From assembly GCF_044704955.1 (NCBI RefSeq), contig NC_091977.1, positions 418,810,001 to 418,874,000 on the forward strand: a stretch of DNA of 64,000 bases, read 5' to 3'. A program made the position numbers and the translations under genes. Positions 51,881-62,916 of this stretch are shown here, one piece after another (position 1 is the stretch's first letter; each line of letters opens with the position of its first letter). The notes below the pieces were generated by a model. It ran no database searches and was not told the DNA's origin. It saw nothing but the letters and a program-made list of their open reading frames with translations. The DNA comes from Pristiophorus japonicus. Lineage: Eukaryota.

Positions 51881-53137
51881 CATATTTCATATTATTCTTT
51901 CTTCAGATGCCTTTCCAAATGATTTTAAAAATACTGAATATAACTGGAGAAAAATTAGTTTTCACATTTTAACAAACAGCATACTTTCTATGCAAAAGAA
52001 AAAGAGGGCGGTGCTTCCTCAGCTTGTAACTTCGAAACATTCATACAGGCTTTTTTGTTAAAACTGACACTACACTTAAGGTTCAAATTAATTTAAAACG
52101 AGACAATGCAATTTTAATTTAAACAGTATGAGACAATAGCAATTGTTTTACTGTAATCCAATTAAAACAAAATACTTTGTGAACATTCAAATTCCATTTT
52201 TTTTAGCAGACACCATGGCAAATGTAATTTCCAGGCTGAAGCTTATCTTTTGTAAAACAAACTGGTTTTTGTGCATTTCACAGCTCCATAAATCATAGTC
52301 AAAATAATCAGGGAAACTGAACCACACTTTTAACACACACTTTCACACAAACTGAAATTCCAGCATTTTTTTAATGTTCCTGTCACTCAGCAATTCTTGT
52401 GTTTTATTTTTCTCGGCACAAAAGCTAAAACTTCAGTGTTGGTTACATTTTCCTTTTTTTTAAATTGTCATCTCAACAACTTAATCTCTAGTTCCCAGTT
52501 TTTTTCCTTCCTTTGCTGAGTTCTCAGTTGGGTCAGCATGCAGCTTAGATCTTTTTACTCGTTATCTCCAACTCTCTCTCCTGCTCGTTTAGACTGTTCG
52601 CAACTTTTTCTCGATATTAAGCACCCGCCATTTTGTGTTAGGTTACACTCCCTCTTGCTCCCTTCTTACTTAACTAATCAGTTTAAGCGACAGCTGGCTA
52701 AGTCTCTCCAGTCCACCACTAATCGGAACCTTACAAATCCCAACACTGTGAATCCCACTTCTGACACCACTGCAAGATTAGGATCACAGGTCACACACAG
52801 CTACCTAAAGGGTCCTAGGTGTTATTAAGGTGCGATAGTTCAAATGTGGTCAAACACAACACACAATCAGGATAGACATAGTAGACATATGACCGTAACA
52901 GGTAGCTGGTATTAGTCCCGATCAGACAGATGGCTGGTGGCACAAGCAGCTCTTCTCTGCACCATCTGCTTTGAAAAGCACTTTAGATATCACTTTTATT
53001 GTCTTTTTAGGGATGGGCCTGGGGTAAAGTGATGGACAGGATCATTTAATGTATAAGGGGTCTTTCCACGCCAAGGTACCCAATGGTTCGTCTAAGTTCT
53101 TTGTCTCAACTCTTAGGTGAAACCCTCCTCTTCACTC

Positions 53138-53905
53138 GTCTTTCACGCCACCTTTCACACTAGTGCCTCTGACATGTCTTCCTTTTTCCTCAACAGAGGA
53201 TTTCCCTCCACTGTGGTTAACATGGCCCTCCACCATGTCTGTTCTATTTTCCGCACCTCTGCTTTCAACCCTTCCCTTCCCTCTCAGAACCATGACAGGG
53301 TTCCCCTTGACCTCACCTTTCACCCCACCATCCTCCATGTTCAACAGATCATCCTCCGCCATTTCCGCGACCTAAAGCGTGATTCCACCTCAAATCACAT
53401 CTTCCCCTCTCAGCATTCCGAAGAGACCACTCCCCATGTGACACCCTGGTCCATTCCACAGTCACCCCTAGCATCCCCTCCTCTTCCCATGGCACCTTTC
53501 CGTGCAAGCACAGGAGATGCAACACCTGCCCTTTTACTTCCTCCCTTCCCCACTATCCAGGACCCCAAATACTACTTCCAGGTGAAACAGCGATTTACTT
53601 GTACTTTTTTCAATTTAGTATATTGTATTCGCTGCTCATAGTGTGGCCTCCTCTGCATTGGACAGACCAAGTGTAGATTGGGTGACCGTTTTGCGGAGCA
53701 CCTCTGTTCAGTCTGCAAGTGTGACCTTGAGCTTCTGGTCGCCTGTCACTTTAATTCTCCACTCCATTCCCACTCTGACCTCTCCGTCCTCGGTCTCCTA
53801 CACTGTTCCAACAAAGCTGAATGCAAGCTCGAGGAATAGCACCTCATCTTTCATTTAGGTACTTTACAGCCTTCTGGACTCAACATCGAGTTCAACAATT
53901 TCAGA
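53138..53905 (+). mobile_element. Penelope-like retroelement 3' fragment (GIY-YIG endonuclease)
   Basis: FFLNRGFP, DRVPL.LTFHP, FTC...NLVYCIRC..CGLL.IGQTK.RLGDRFAEHL and VACHFN motifs. Confidence 0.88.
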
Positions 53906-53944
53906 AGCAACCGCTACGAATCATTGGCTCCCTTCCCCACCTCT

Positions 53945-54530
53945 TCCTTTCTCATGTTGCTTCTCTCACCACCTGTCACAGGCCCAGTCTGGCAGCTATG
54001 TCCTTCAGGACTCGGCCTGCTCGGTCAGTAGTGGTGCTATCGAGCCACTCTTGGTGATGGACATTGACATTCCCCCATCCAGAGTACATTCTGTGCCCTT
54101 GCTACTCTCAGTGCTTCTTCCAAGTGATGTTTAACATGGAGGAGTACAGATTCATCAGCTGAGGGAGGGCAGTAGGTGGTAATCAGCAGGTGGTTTCCTT
54201 GCTCATGCTTGCCCTGAAGCTATGAGTCTTCATGTTGTCCAGAGTCAATGTTAAGCACTCCCAGGGCCACTCCTCCCAACTGTATACCACTGTGCCACCA
54301 TTCCTGGTGGGTCTGCCCTGTCAGTGGGACAGAACATACCTAGGAATGATGATGGAGAAGTCTAGGACATTGGCAGAAAGGTATGATTCTGTGAGTGTAA
54401 CTATGTCAGGCGGTTGCTTGACTCGTCTGTGGGACAGCTCTCCCAATTTTGGCATAAGTCCCCAGATGTTGGTGAGGAGGACTTTGCAGGGCCGACTGGG
54501 CTGGGTGTGTCATTGACGTGTCCATAGCCA
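53945..54530 (-). mobile_element. 5' continuation (endonuclease region) of the LINE at 36553-38835
   Basis: Minus strand encodes APE-domain segments (NVLWMGNVNVHHQEWL; AELSHRRVKQPPDIV.LTESYL). These logically precede the SDHY-type APE end just left of 38836. Confidence 0.7.
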
Positions 54531-54703
54531 GTGCTGAGGAAGGTGAATAATTACAGTTAAAAACATTCAAAATGACAACATTGTGACAAAACACTCCAGA
54601 AGTCATCTTGAATTTAAATCTCAATTCATTCTTCACTGGTACATTATTTCAGCAGTGGTTACTTATGAAGTATGTATAAGAGTGTATGCTGCCTCCAGGC
54701 CAG

Positions 54704-55731
54704 GTCCAAGATCACCCCAACCTCTGTCGTTGAGCTGCAGTATGCAGACGACGCCTACATCTGCGCACATTCTGAGGCTGAACTATAGGATATTGTCGAT
54801 GTATTCACCGAGGCATAAGAAAGAATGGGCCTTATGCTTAACATCCATAAGACAAAGGTCCTCCGCCAGCCTGTCCTCACCGCACAGCACTGCCCCCCTA
54901 GTCATCAAGATTCACGGCGCGGCCCTCGACAATGTGAACCACTTCCCATACCTCGGGAGCCTTTTATCAACAAAGACAGACATTGATGCGGAGATTCAAC
55001 ATTGCCTCCAGTGCGCCAGTGCAGTCTTTGGCCGCCTGAGGAAAAGAAAGTTCGAAGACCAGGCCCTCAAATCTACCACCAAGCTCATGGTCTACAGGTA
55101 GTAATACCCGCTCTCCTGTATGGATCAGAGGCATGGACAATGTACAGAAGACACGTCAAGTCGCTGAAGATATATCACCAACGATGTCTCTGCAAGATCC
55201 TGCAAATCCCCTGGGAGGACAGGTGCACCAATATCAGTGTCCTCGCCCAGGCTAACATCCCCAGCATTGAAGCACTGACCACACTTGATCAGCTTCACTG
55301 GGCAGGCCACATAGTTCACATGCCAGACACGAGGCTCCCTAAGCAATTGCTCTATGCGGAACTCCTTCACGGCAAATGAGCCAAAGGTGGGCAGCGGAAA
55401 CGTTATAAGGATACCCTCAAAGCCTCCCTGGTAAAGTGTGACATCACCACTGACAAGTGGGAGTCCCTGGCTGAAGACCGCCCTAGGTGCAGAAAGTGCA
55501 TCCGGGAGGGTGTTGAGCTCTTCGAATTTGAACGCCGCGAGCATGAAGAGGTCAGGCGCAGGCAGCGGAAGGAGCATGTGCAAATCAGTCCCACCCCCCC
55601 TTCTCCCGACGAATGTCAATATCACCTGTGACAGGGTCTGTGGCTCTCGCATTGGGCTGTTCAGCCACCAAAGAACTCACTTTAGGAGTGGAAGCAAATC
55701 TTCCTCGATTCTGAGGGACTGCCTATGAGAT
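54704..55731 (+). mobile_element. RTE LINE, 5'-truncated
   Basis: ELQYADDA, HFPYLGS, PALLYGSEAW and GGQRKR motifs, a C2H2-like end (CDRVCGSRIGLFSHQRTH) and tail GCCTATGAGATG. Confidence 0.9.
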
Positions 55732-56984
55732 GTATAAGAGGTAGGTATCATCATCATCATATGCAGTCCCTTGAAATCGAGGAAGACTTGCTTCTACTCT
55801 AAAAGTGAGTTCTCAGGTAACTGTACAGTCCAATACAGAAATTACAGTCTCTGTCACAGGTGGGATAGACAATTGTTGAAGGAAAGGGTGGGTGGGGAGT
55901 CTGGTTTGCCGCACACTCCTTCCGCTGTCTGCGCTTGGTTTCTGGTGATGAGACTCGAGGTGCTCAGCACCCACCCGGATGCTCTTCCTCCACTTAGGGC
56001 AGTCTTGGGCCAGGTATTCCCAGGTGCCAGTGGGAATGTTGCACTTTATCAAGGAAGCTTTGAGAATGTCCTTGAAACGTTTCCTCTGCCCACCTTTGGC
56101 TCGCTTGCTTTGTAGGAGTTCCAAGTAGAGCGCTTGCTTTGGGAGTCTCGTGTCAGGCATGCAGATGATGTGGCCTGCCCAATGGAGCTGGTCGAGTGTA
56201 GTCAGTGCTTCGATGCTGGGGATTTTAGCCTGATCGAGAACACTGACGTTGGTGCATCCTCCCAGTGGATTTGCAGGATCTTGTGGAGGCAACGCTGGTG
56301 GTATTTCTCCAGTGCTTTGAGGTGTATATGGTCCATGTCTCTGAGCCATATAGGAGGACAGGTATCGCTACTGCCCTGTAGACCATAAGCTTGATGCCAG
56401 ATTTGAGGTCCTGGTCTTCAAACACACTCTTCCTCAGGCAAGCAAAGGCTGCACTGGCACACTCGAGGCGGTGTTGGACTTTGTCGTCGATGTCTACCCT
56501 TGCTGATAGTAGGCTCCCAAGTATGGAAAATGGTCCATGTTGTCCAAGTCCACGCCATGGATTTTGATGACCGGGGGCTGTGCTGTGTGGCGGAATCAGG
56601 TTTGTGGAGGACCTTTGTCTTACGGATATTTAGTGTAAGGCCCATGCTTTCGTATGCCTTTGAGAATGTGAAAAAGGATTGCGAAAGTGATAGATGGCTA
56701 GAGAAGGTAGCAAAAGGATGGAGATAGGGAATCATGGGTAAATGGCTGACCAAAGATGTCAAGCTGTGATAACTACAATGTCAGCACAAAAAGGGGTTAC
56801 TCAGAGTTGTGGTCAAACACGAGTTACGCGAAAAAGCAAAAGTTAGACATGAGTCAGACGAGGGGCTGCTATATCCAGCCATGAAATAGGGAAATGCTAT
56901 GAAAATCGAAACAATAAACACATCCCTGGAGCCTGCCCTATTTGGAGAGTTGTTAGCCTGCAATTGGGTATGCTATGGAGGAAA

Positions 56985-57155
56985 TCAACCAATGATTGTA
57001 TAAACTGAGTGTCACTCAAATGTGTTCTGCTGTAACAATGTATAAGTGTTGAGCTTTTGTACTGTTACGAGACTTGTCAGGAGAAAGGTGGACAGGCTCG
57101 AATCGAGAGTGTTCCCTTTATCTTAACAGGTCCCGGCCGGAGAATCTCTAATAAA
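56985..57155 (+). promoter_or_regulatory. ERV LTR promoter and poly(A) signals
   Basis: CCAAT near 56989, TATAAG near 57042 and AATAAA at 57150-57155, in U3-R order and duplicated in the 3' LTR. Confidence 0.6.
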
Positions 57156-57550
57156 GGTCTTATGTTGCTAAGACTAAAAGTGTTCATGCGTCAGTGAATT
57201 CGCTGAAACAGATTGAAGGGAAAAGAATCCAGTATCTACATTTGGTGTCAGAAGTGGGATCTCAACAGACGACTGCCGAAAGCTTGCGAATTAAGAGCTA
57301 GACTAGCCTTGGACGAGACGAGAGGAAAATGGCCACTGGAGTAAGTATAATTTCAATACTGCTCCAGTTTCCTCCGGTTTCAAAAGTCTGAGGAAAGTTT
57401 AGCCACTCGCTGGTTCTCAGGTGGTGTCTGAACGAGATCCAGGTCAATCTGGCGAACACTTTCTAAACTTAGGAAATAAGTGTCCAAGTCAGGTGTGACG
57501 TTGACCTTGTATATCACTTGTCCTGTCTAGGCACTGATTGGATTTAATTA

Positions 57551-57766
57551 GGAAACCGTGTAGCGACACGAAGAGAAAAATCACGCGGGCCACATAGAAA
57601 AACGCAGAGATTTGGGATAAGCCGTGTAGCGACACGAAGAGAGAAATCGCGTAGGAAACCGTGTAGCGACACGAAGAGAGAAATCGCGTAGGAAACCGTG
57701 TAGCGACACGAAGAGAGAAATCGCGTAAGAAACCGTGTAGCGACATGAAGAGAGAAATCGCGCAAG
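57551..57766 (+). repeat. 37-bp tandem repeat in the ERV leader (four tandem copies plus one upstream copy)
   Basis: Unit AAACCGTGTAGCGACACGAAGAGAGAAATCGCGTAGG, containing the hairpin CGTGT-AGCG-ACACG. Confidence 0.92.
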
Positions 57767-58289
57767 CCGAGGGGTGACACGGGATTGTGTAAATTTTAAA
57801 TTGTACTTGCGCCAGGAGTGGTGTCGATCTTGTATATCACTTGGTCCACCTAGGCTCTGGGCAAGCTAAACTAGAACTAACATGGGACGACGTGGAGGTA
57901 ATTTGGATTAATTAGGACCCTGATCCAACGTGCGGTGACACAGGGATGGGTTATTTAGATAAAACTACGAATTCTCTGAAAGGTCATGGATCAAAAAAAA
58001 TTAATAGGAAAGAGAGACTCTTGTGAACGTCTGTTTTAAATGAGAAATGCTTGTATGATTTTTACTGTGGAGAAGGAAGCTTGTGTGGGGAGACCGGGGA
58101 GTTGTGGTTTGTTTTAGCTCCACCCACTTTTTCAAACAGTGAAAGTTTTTTTTAACCCTTCGTAGTGTGGTCCTGTATGTGGGAAGTTTAAGAGTGTGAA
58201 CCTTAATGAATTACGTATATTCAGATGATAAGTTACGGAGCCAGGAAATGCACAAAGGATAAGTTTGTTGAGTAAAAAATATATATATA

Positions 58290-59625
58290 TGGTCCCGGTG
58301 GTTAAAAAAGGATTTAATAGCCAAATGGAGACAGTACTGTCAAAAGCTGAAAGATGAGTCCCTTCTGTCAAGCTGGCAGGAGAACGCCACTAAACTCGGG
58401 CTGTCCTTGACAGAAGGAGGACATGTTAAAACTGTAGACGTCCTAAAGAAAGAGTGCGCTCACGAGAAACGTACTAAGAGTTCCCTTGGGACCTCTGAGA
58501 AGGGTACAGATAGACTACGTAGTCGAATGGTTGGCTTTGCGTTGTCCGAGGCTGATGATGAAATTGATGAATGGACACAGCCGTGCCAAACGGCGCCTCC
58601 TGCAGCCTCTGACCCTTTGTCACAGCCTCTTTCCCATCCCCCTCCACCTTACGCTCCGGCGAGAGGAGTTAAAGATAAATGTAACCCTACACCAACGAAG
58701 CGACAAGCCCAAACAGACTCCAGTTTATAGATCATCTTCGAACTACTATTTCAGTTTATAATGCAGAATCAAGAGACTTGTGGTCCTTAGTGCAGCAAAC
58801 CCTGAGCCCGACTGAACACGTCCGGTTCTTAGAAAATTTGAGGCAAGCCACCCATGATGCATTAGCGACTGCTCACCCTAATAATGCCCAGGATCACCTA
58901 AACGCTATCTTTAATGCTCTCAGCAAGAACCTTCAGAAGCCCATCAGTATGACAGCAGTCTTAGAAACTAAACCCAAACGAGAAGAAACTGCCGACGAAT
59001 TCATGGAAAGATTTATTGAAATATACGGAGGTCAATCAGGAAATAATGCCTTCAGGGCAGGGGACAATTCACCTCAATTCTGCGCTATTCTACTTCAGTA
59101 CCTGCCCTATTCGATTGCTCACGCTATCCGGACAAATAATATGAATTGGGCAGATAACAGTAGAGCCCAAATGGAAAGAGCAGTAAAATATTATTGGCAG
59201 GAGAAGAAAGGAGGGGAAGGAGGAGGCGCATCCCTGACCCGGGTCAAAACCGAATATGTGACTAGAAAGGAAGAACCCCCACGGAGAGGACCCTGGTCCG
59301 ACCCGAGGGGATACCAGATGGAACCACAGTACTGTGTAAAGGGATGGGTGGATAACCAAGGATACGGATATACCCAACACCCAAATGGCCCAGGCCCCGC
59401 TAATTACGGACCGCCCTACTGTCCTTGGCCTGGTATGGGAAGAGGTCGGGGCTGGGAAAGACGAGATGGATGCTTTAATTGTGGGCAAGAAGGACATTGG
59501 AGTAGAGAGTGTCCCTCCCGTCGGCACGAAAGAGGAGGGGGGCAAGCGGGGAGAGGACGGTGATCTTACACTAACTTCTCCCAGAACAACCCCTTTGGCC
59601 AACCATCCCCCGATTACGTAACTTG
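58290..59625 (+). pseudogene. ERV gag (disrupted; true start not resolved)
   Basis: PPPY late domain, capsid with MHR-like KPKREETADEFMERF, single CCHC knuckle CFNCGQEGHWSRECP and RG-rich NC. Confidence 0.85.
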
Positions 59626-61677
59626 ATTGTACAGAGAACCTCCCCGGATGACGAACCGATTTGCCAGTTTCCAGTCCCTAGCACGGCTAAACAAATGCGA
59701 CAGTGGTTGGGGGTGATCAATTACTGCAGATCCTGGATCCCTAACGTCGCCCTGATGACTAAGCACCTTACCCCGTATACAAATGAGGAAGGCAGCTTTA
59801 AAATAAAAATTGCAGATGTCCAAGCCTTTAAGGAACTAAAGACAGCCCTGCTGCAAGCTCCGGCTTTGGGCCGGCCCCTCTATGACCGGCCCTTTCAACT
59901 GTATTGTACCATCCTGAAAGACTGTGCTACTGCTGTCTTAACTTAGAAACACGGGGATAAGCATAGGCCTGTTGCCTACTACTCTTCCAAAATAGACCCC
60001 GTTGCCTTGAGGCACCCTGTATGTACTCAAATATTAACCGCCATCTACAATAGCCTTCAATCCGCTGCCAACATTACCCTCCAGCAGGATATTGTTGTGT
60101 ACACCTCTCACTCTGTAGCTGCCCTTCTGGGCCAACTGCAGACTCAACACCTTACCATGGCCAGGCAAAGCAGATATGAGATCTACCTACTGAATAATCC
60201 TAAGCTGACCTTTCAGCACTGTACTGCCATTAATCCGGCCTGTTTTCTTACTGAGCCACCCCAAGATGAGGAAGAACCCAGTCATGATTGTTTATCTTTA
60301 ATTCAGGAGGCTTCGTCGGTCAGGGAAGATTTAGTTGACGTACCAATTGAAGACCCAGACTGTATTATGTATGTTGACGGAAGTTCTTCTATTAATCCAG
60401 AAGGTACACGAATCTTAGGATACGCCATAGTAAACCAGGAGAATCAGGTCTTGGAATCTGCCGCCTTTGAAACTGCCTATTCTGCCCAACAAGCTGAACT
60501 ATTCGCCCTCACCCGAGCCTGTATCTTGGCCAAAGACCTCAAAGTCAATATCTATACCGACTCTAGGTATGCCTTTAGGGTAGCCCATGATTTCGGACAA
60601 TTATGGAAAAACAGGGGATTCCTAACCTCACAGGGGAATGAGATATCCCATAAGCAACTAGTATCTGATTTGTTGCAAGCCCTCATGCTCCCTAAACGTA
60701 TTGCTATTGTTAATTGCACTGCCCACACTACCGGAAACTCTCCGGTCGATATAGGAAACCGCCATGCTGACAGAGAGGCTAAACAGGCCTCTTGCAGACA
60801 ACAAATGGTGGTGCCGAGAATGATGAGTCAAACTAAAAGTCCTGCCAAGGATAAGTTAGCCTCGGAAAAACCAATGCCAACCATCCAAGATGTCATTAAA
60901 GCACAGGAGGACGCTCCTGAAAAAGATAAACTGTTGTGGAAAGATTATGGATGTACTTATGACAATGTTTCTAAACTCTGGACCACTCCCGCGGAACAGA
61001 CTTGCATGTCTGACGAGTTGGCTCTATGGGTTATTGAATGTATGCATTTTGCTACTCATTGTGGAGCAAGGACAACAAGTGACACGCTTTTGGCCACTTG
61101 GTGGCACCCTAGACTCCAGATGCTAGCCCAGAACATCAGTAGTCGCTGCCTTGTTTGCCAACAGCATAATCCAGGGAAGGGAGTCCCCTGTGATTGGGGT
61201 AAGACGCCCCTACCAGAAGGTCCCTTTGAGACCTTGCAGTTGGACTACATTAAGTTGCAAAAAGTTCAGTGTTACAAATATGTGTTAGTAATAGTAGATG
61301 TGTTTAGCAGATGGATTGAAGCCTACCCTACCCTGGACAATAAGGCTCAAACTGTTGTTAAGGTGTTAATGAGGGAAATTGTTCCTAGATATGGTATCCC
61401 AGCTCGACTGATGACCACCTATGTTCTTTCTCTGACTCAAGCTCTGCGACTAGCTCACAACCAGGTTCGAGAGGCTCACCTCGACCTCCCAGTTTTACCC
61501 GAATCGTCCCTCGTGGCACCAGGGAAGTATGTCCTGATTAAGAAATGGATTCGAAAGGGACTAGAGCCACGATGGGAGGGGCCCTTTCAGGTGTTACTCA
61601 CTACCCCCACCACAGCTAAGGTTGAAGGGCTAAGTGCCTGGGTTCACCTGCACCACTCTAAACTTATTACTTCATAA
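59626..61677 (+). pseudogene. ERV pol remnant (RT thumb and connection, RNase H, integrase N- and C-terminal parts)
   Basis: LGVINYCRSWIP, YVDGSS, SAQQAEL.AL, IYTDSRYAF, GN..AD, HHCC finger and LEPRWEGPFQVLLTTP. No protease DTG, no YxDD and no second D or E of integrase. Confidence 0.92.
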
Positions 61678-61879
61678 TGAGCCTCTCACTGGTCGTCCTA
61701 ACCCTTGTTTCTGTTCCAGACTTCCTCTCCTCCATAGCTGAATAAACCACATCCTTGGGGCAGGAAGAAAAATGCCAAGAACATGGCAGGAGAAAGGAAC
61801 AAGCAGACTTAGCTGTTTTCTGAGCTATCCTTATCTTATTGTTAACTAATGTATAGCATCGTCTAAAATTATTTAAACA

Positions 61880-62916
61880 TGTGTAAGCTAGCAGGTATAA
61901 TTGTGCTATCCTAGCAGAACTAGAAGGGCTACAGGATAACTTATTTTATCAGACCCATACCCGATTGCATGGTAATCGAACTGTGTGTTACCCACTAGCC
62001 CAATCAGTAGCCTCCCCGCGACTTATATACGGCGGATACCTCGGACGCACCCTGTGAGGGACAAACGGGCGAATATAGAAGGGGTATTCCGGGGAAGATG
62101 TGTGGAATTAATAAACTCCATGAATCCTGAGTGCAGGGGATCCCAGGGAAAGAACGGAGCGGTATGCTCGGACATTGCAAGCTACCCGCTTTGCTTCTCA
62201 GGACAAGGGTGGGGTTATGCCCTGGTCCCCGGGAACGCCACCTGTGTGCAGACGCAGTGTGCCCGTCAGCACTGTCGAGTGCGTAAGGGCCAATTTACCT
62301 GTACCTGTAACGAGCAAAGATGCCGGAACGTGACCGCAGGAAGGCAAGTTATCTGCGGTCAGTGTAACGGAACTCATGTCAGCTCAGAAACATGGGCATA
62401 CCCGTTTGATGCTTACCAATTGGTAGGATCAGGCTCAAATTCAAGGGAACCTAGCAATTGGTGGTATAAGCAGTTCACGAGTGTTAGCAACACCAACGTA
62501 AAGTGTTATAGAGCTAAGGAAGGATTCGTGTTCCTCCTCAACGGCACCTTCAAGACAGCAACACCGACCCTCCCGGTCCTCTTTGCAGTAGGAACTATAG
62601 GACCACTCACTGTCCCATGCCCCAAAAGGGGGTATACCCAGAGAAAGGAAATAGTTGGTTGGATTGGTTATTTGGAGGATCCTGGGGATCTTATTTAATG
62701 CATGGAGCAGTTATTCTCATTATGATAATAGTTACCTGTTGTCTGATTATTGGTTGCTTTAATGTCTGTTGTAAAGTAATGATGGCAAAATTGGAGCAAA
62801 CTCTTACAGTCACGGGCTCCCGGAATCTGGTTCAACAGACTAAAGATTTACTCGAGAATCAAGAAGAGTATGAGAAACAAGAATGCGAACGGCTGAATGC
62901 GATATTCCTGGAATAA
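61880..62916 (+). pseudogene. ERV env remnant (signal-like start, Cys-rich SU-like domain, membrane anchor and tail)
   Basis: Splice acceptor CTAAC..ctgttccag ending at 61719. NLFYQTH..GNRTVCYP, a Cys-rich ORF with sequons, and the anchor WLDWLFGGSWGSYLMHGAVILIMIIVTCCLII just before the PPT. Confidence 0.78.

Larger units (their letters stand above)
38836..53137 (-). mobile_element. Old tRNA-Leu-primed LTR element with short internal region (3' LTR split into 38836-39170 and 49737-50246; internal 50247-52770; partial 5' LTR 52771-53137)
   Basis: 38836-39170 aligns with 52771-53095, and CAACTCTTAGGTGAAACCCTCCTCTTCAC occurs at both about 49750 and 53107. PBS TGGTGTCAGAAGTGGGAT on - at 52752-52769. 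PPT AAGAAAGGGGGAA on - at about 50248-50260. Confidence 0.85.

Noticed and set aside
52750-52769. tRNA-Leu gene (GAATCCCACTTCTGACACCA)
   Set aside because: Only the 3' 20 nt including CCA match, right beside an LTR end. It is a primer-binding site, as is 57243-57260.
56781-56963. Duplicated 60-aa ORF (also 63073-63255) as a gene pair
   Set aside because: It is an antisense ORF inside the two LTRs; the duplication simply reflects LTR identity.
57551-57766. 37-bp palindrome-containing repeats as a CRISPR array
   Set aside because: The units are head to tail with no unique spacers, there are no cas genes, and they lie inside a vertebrate retroviral leader.
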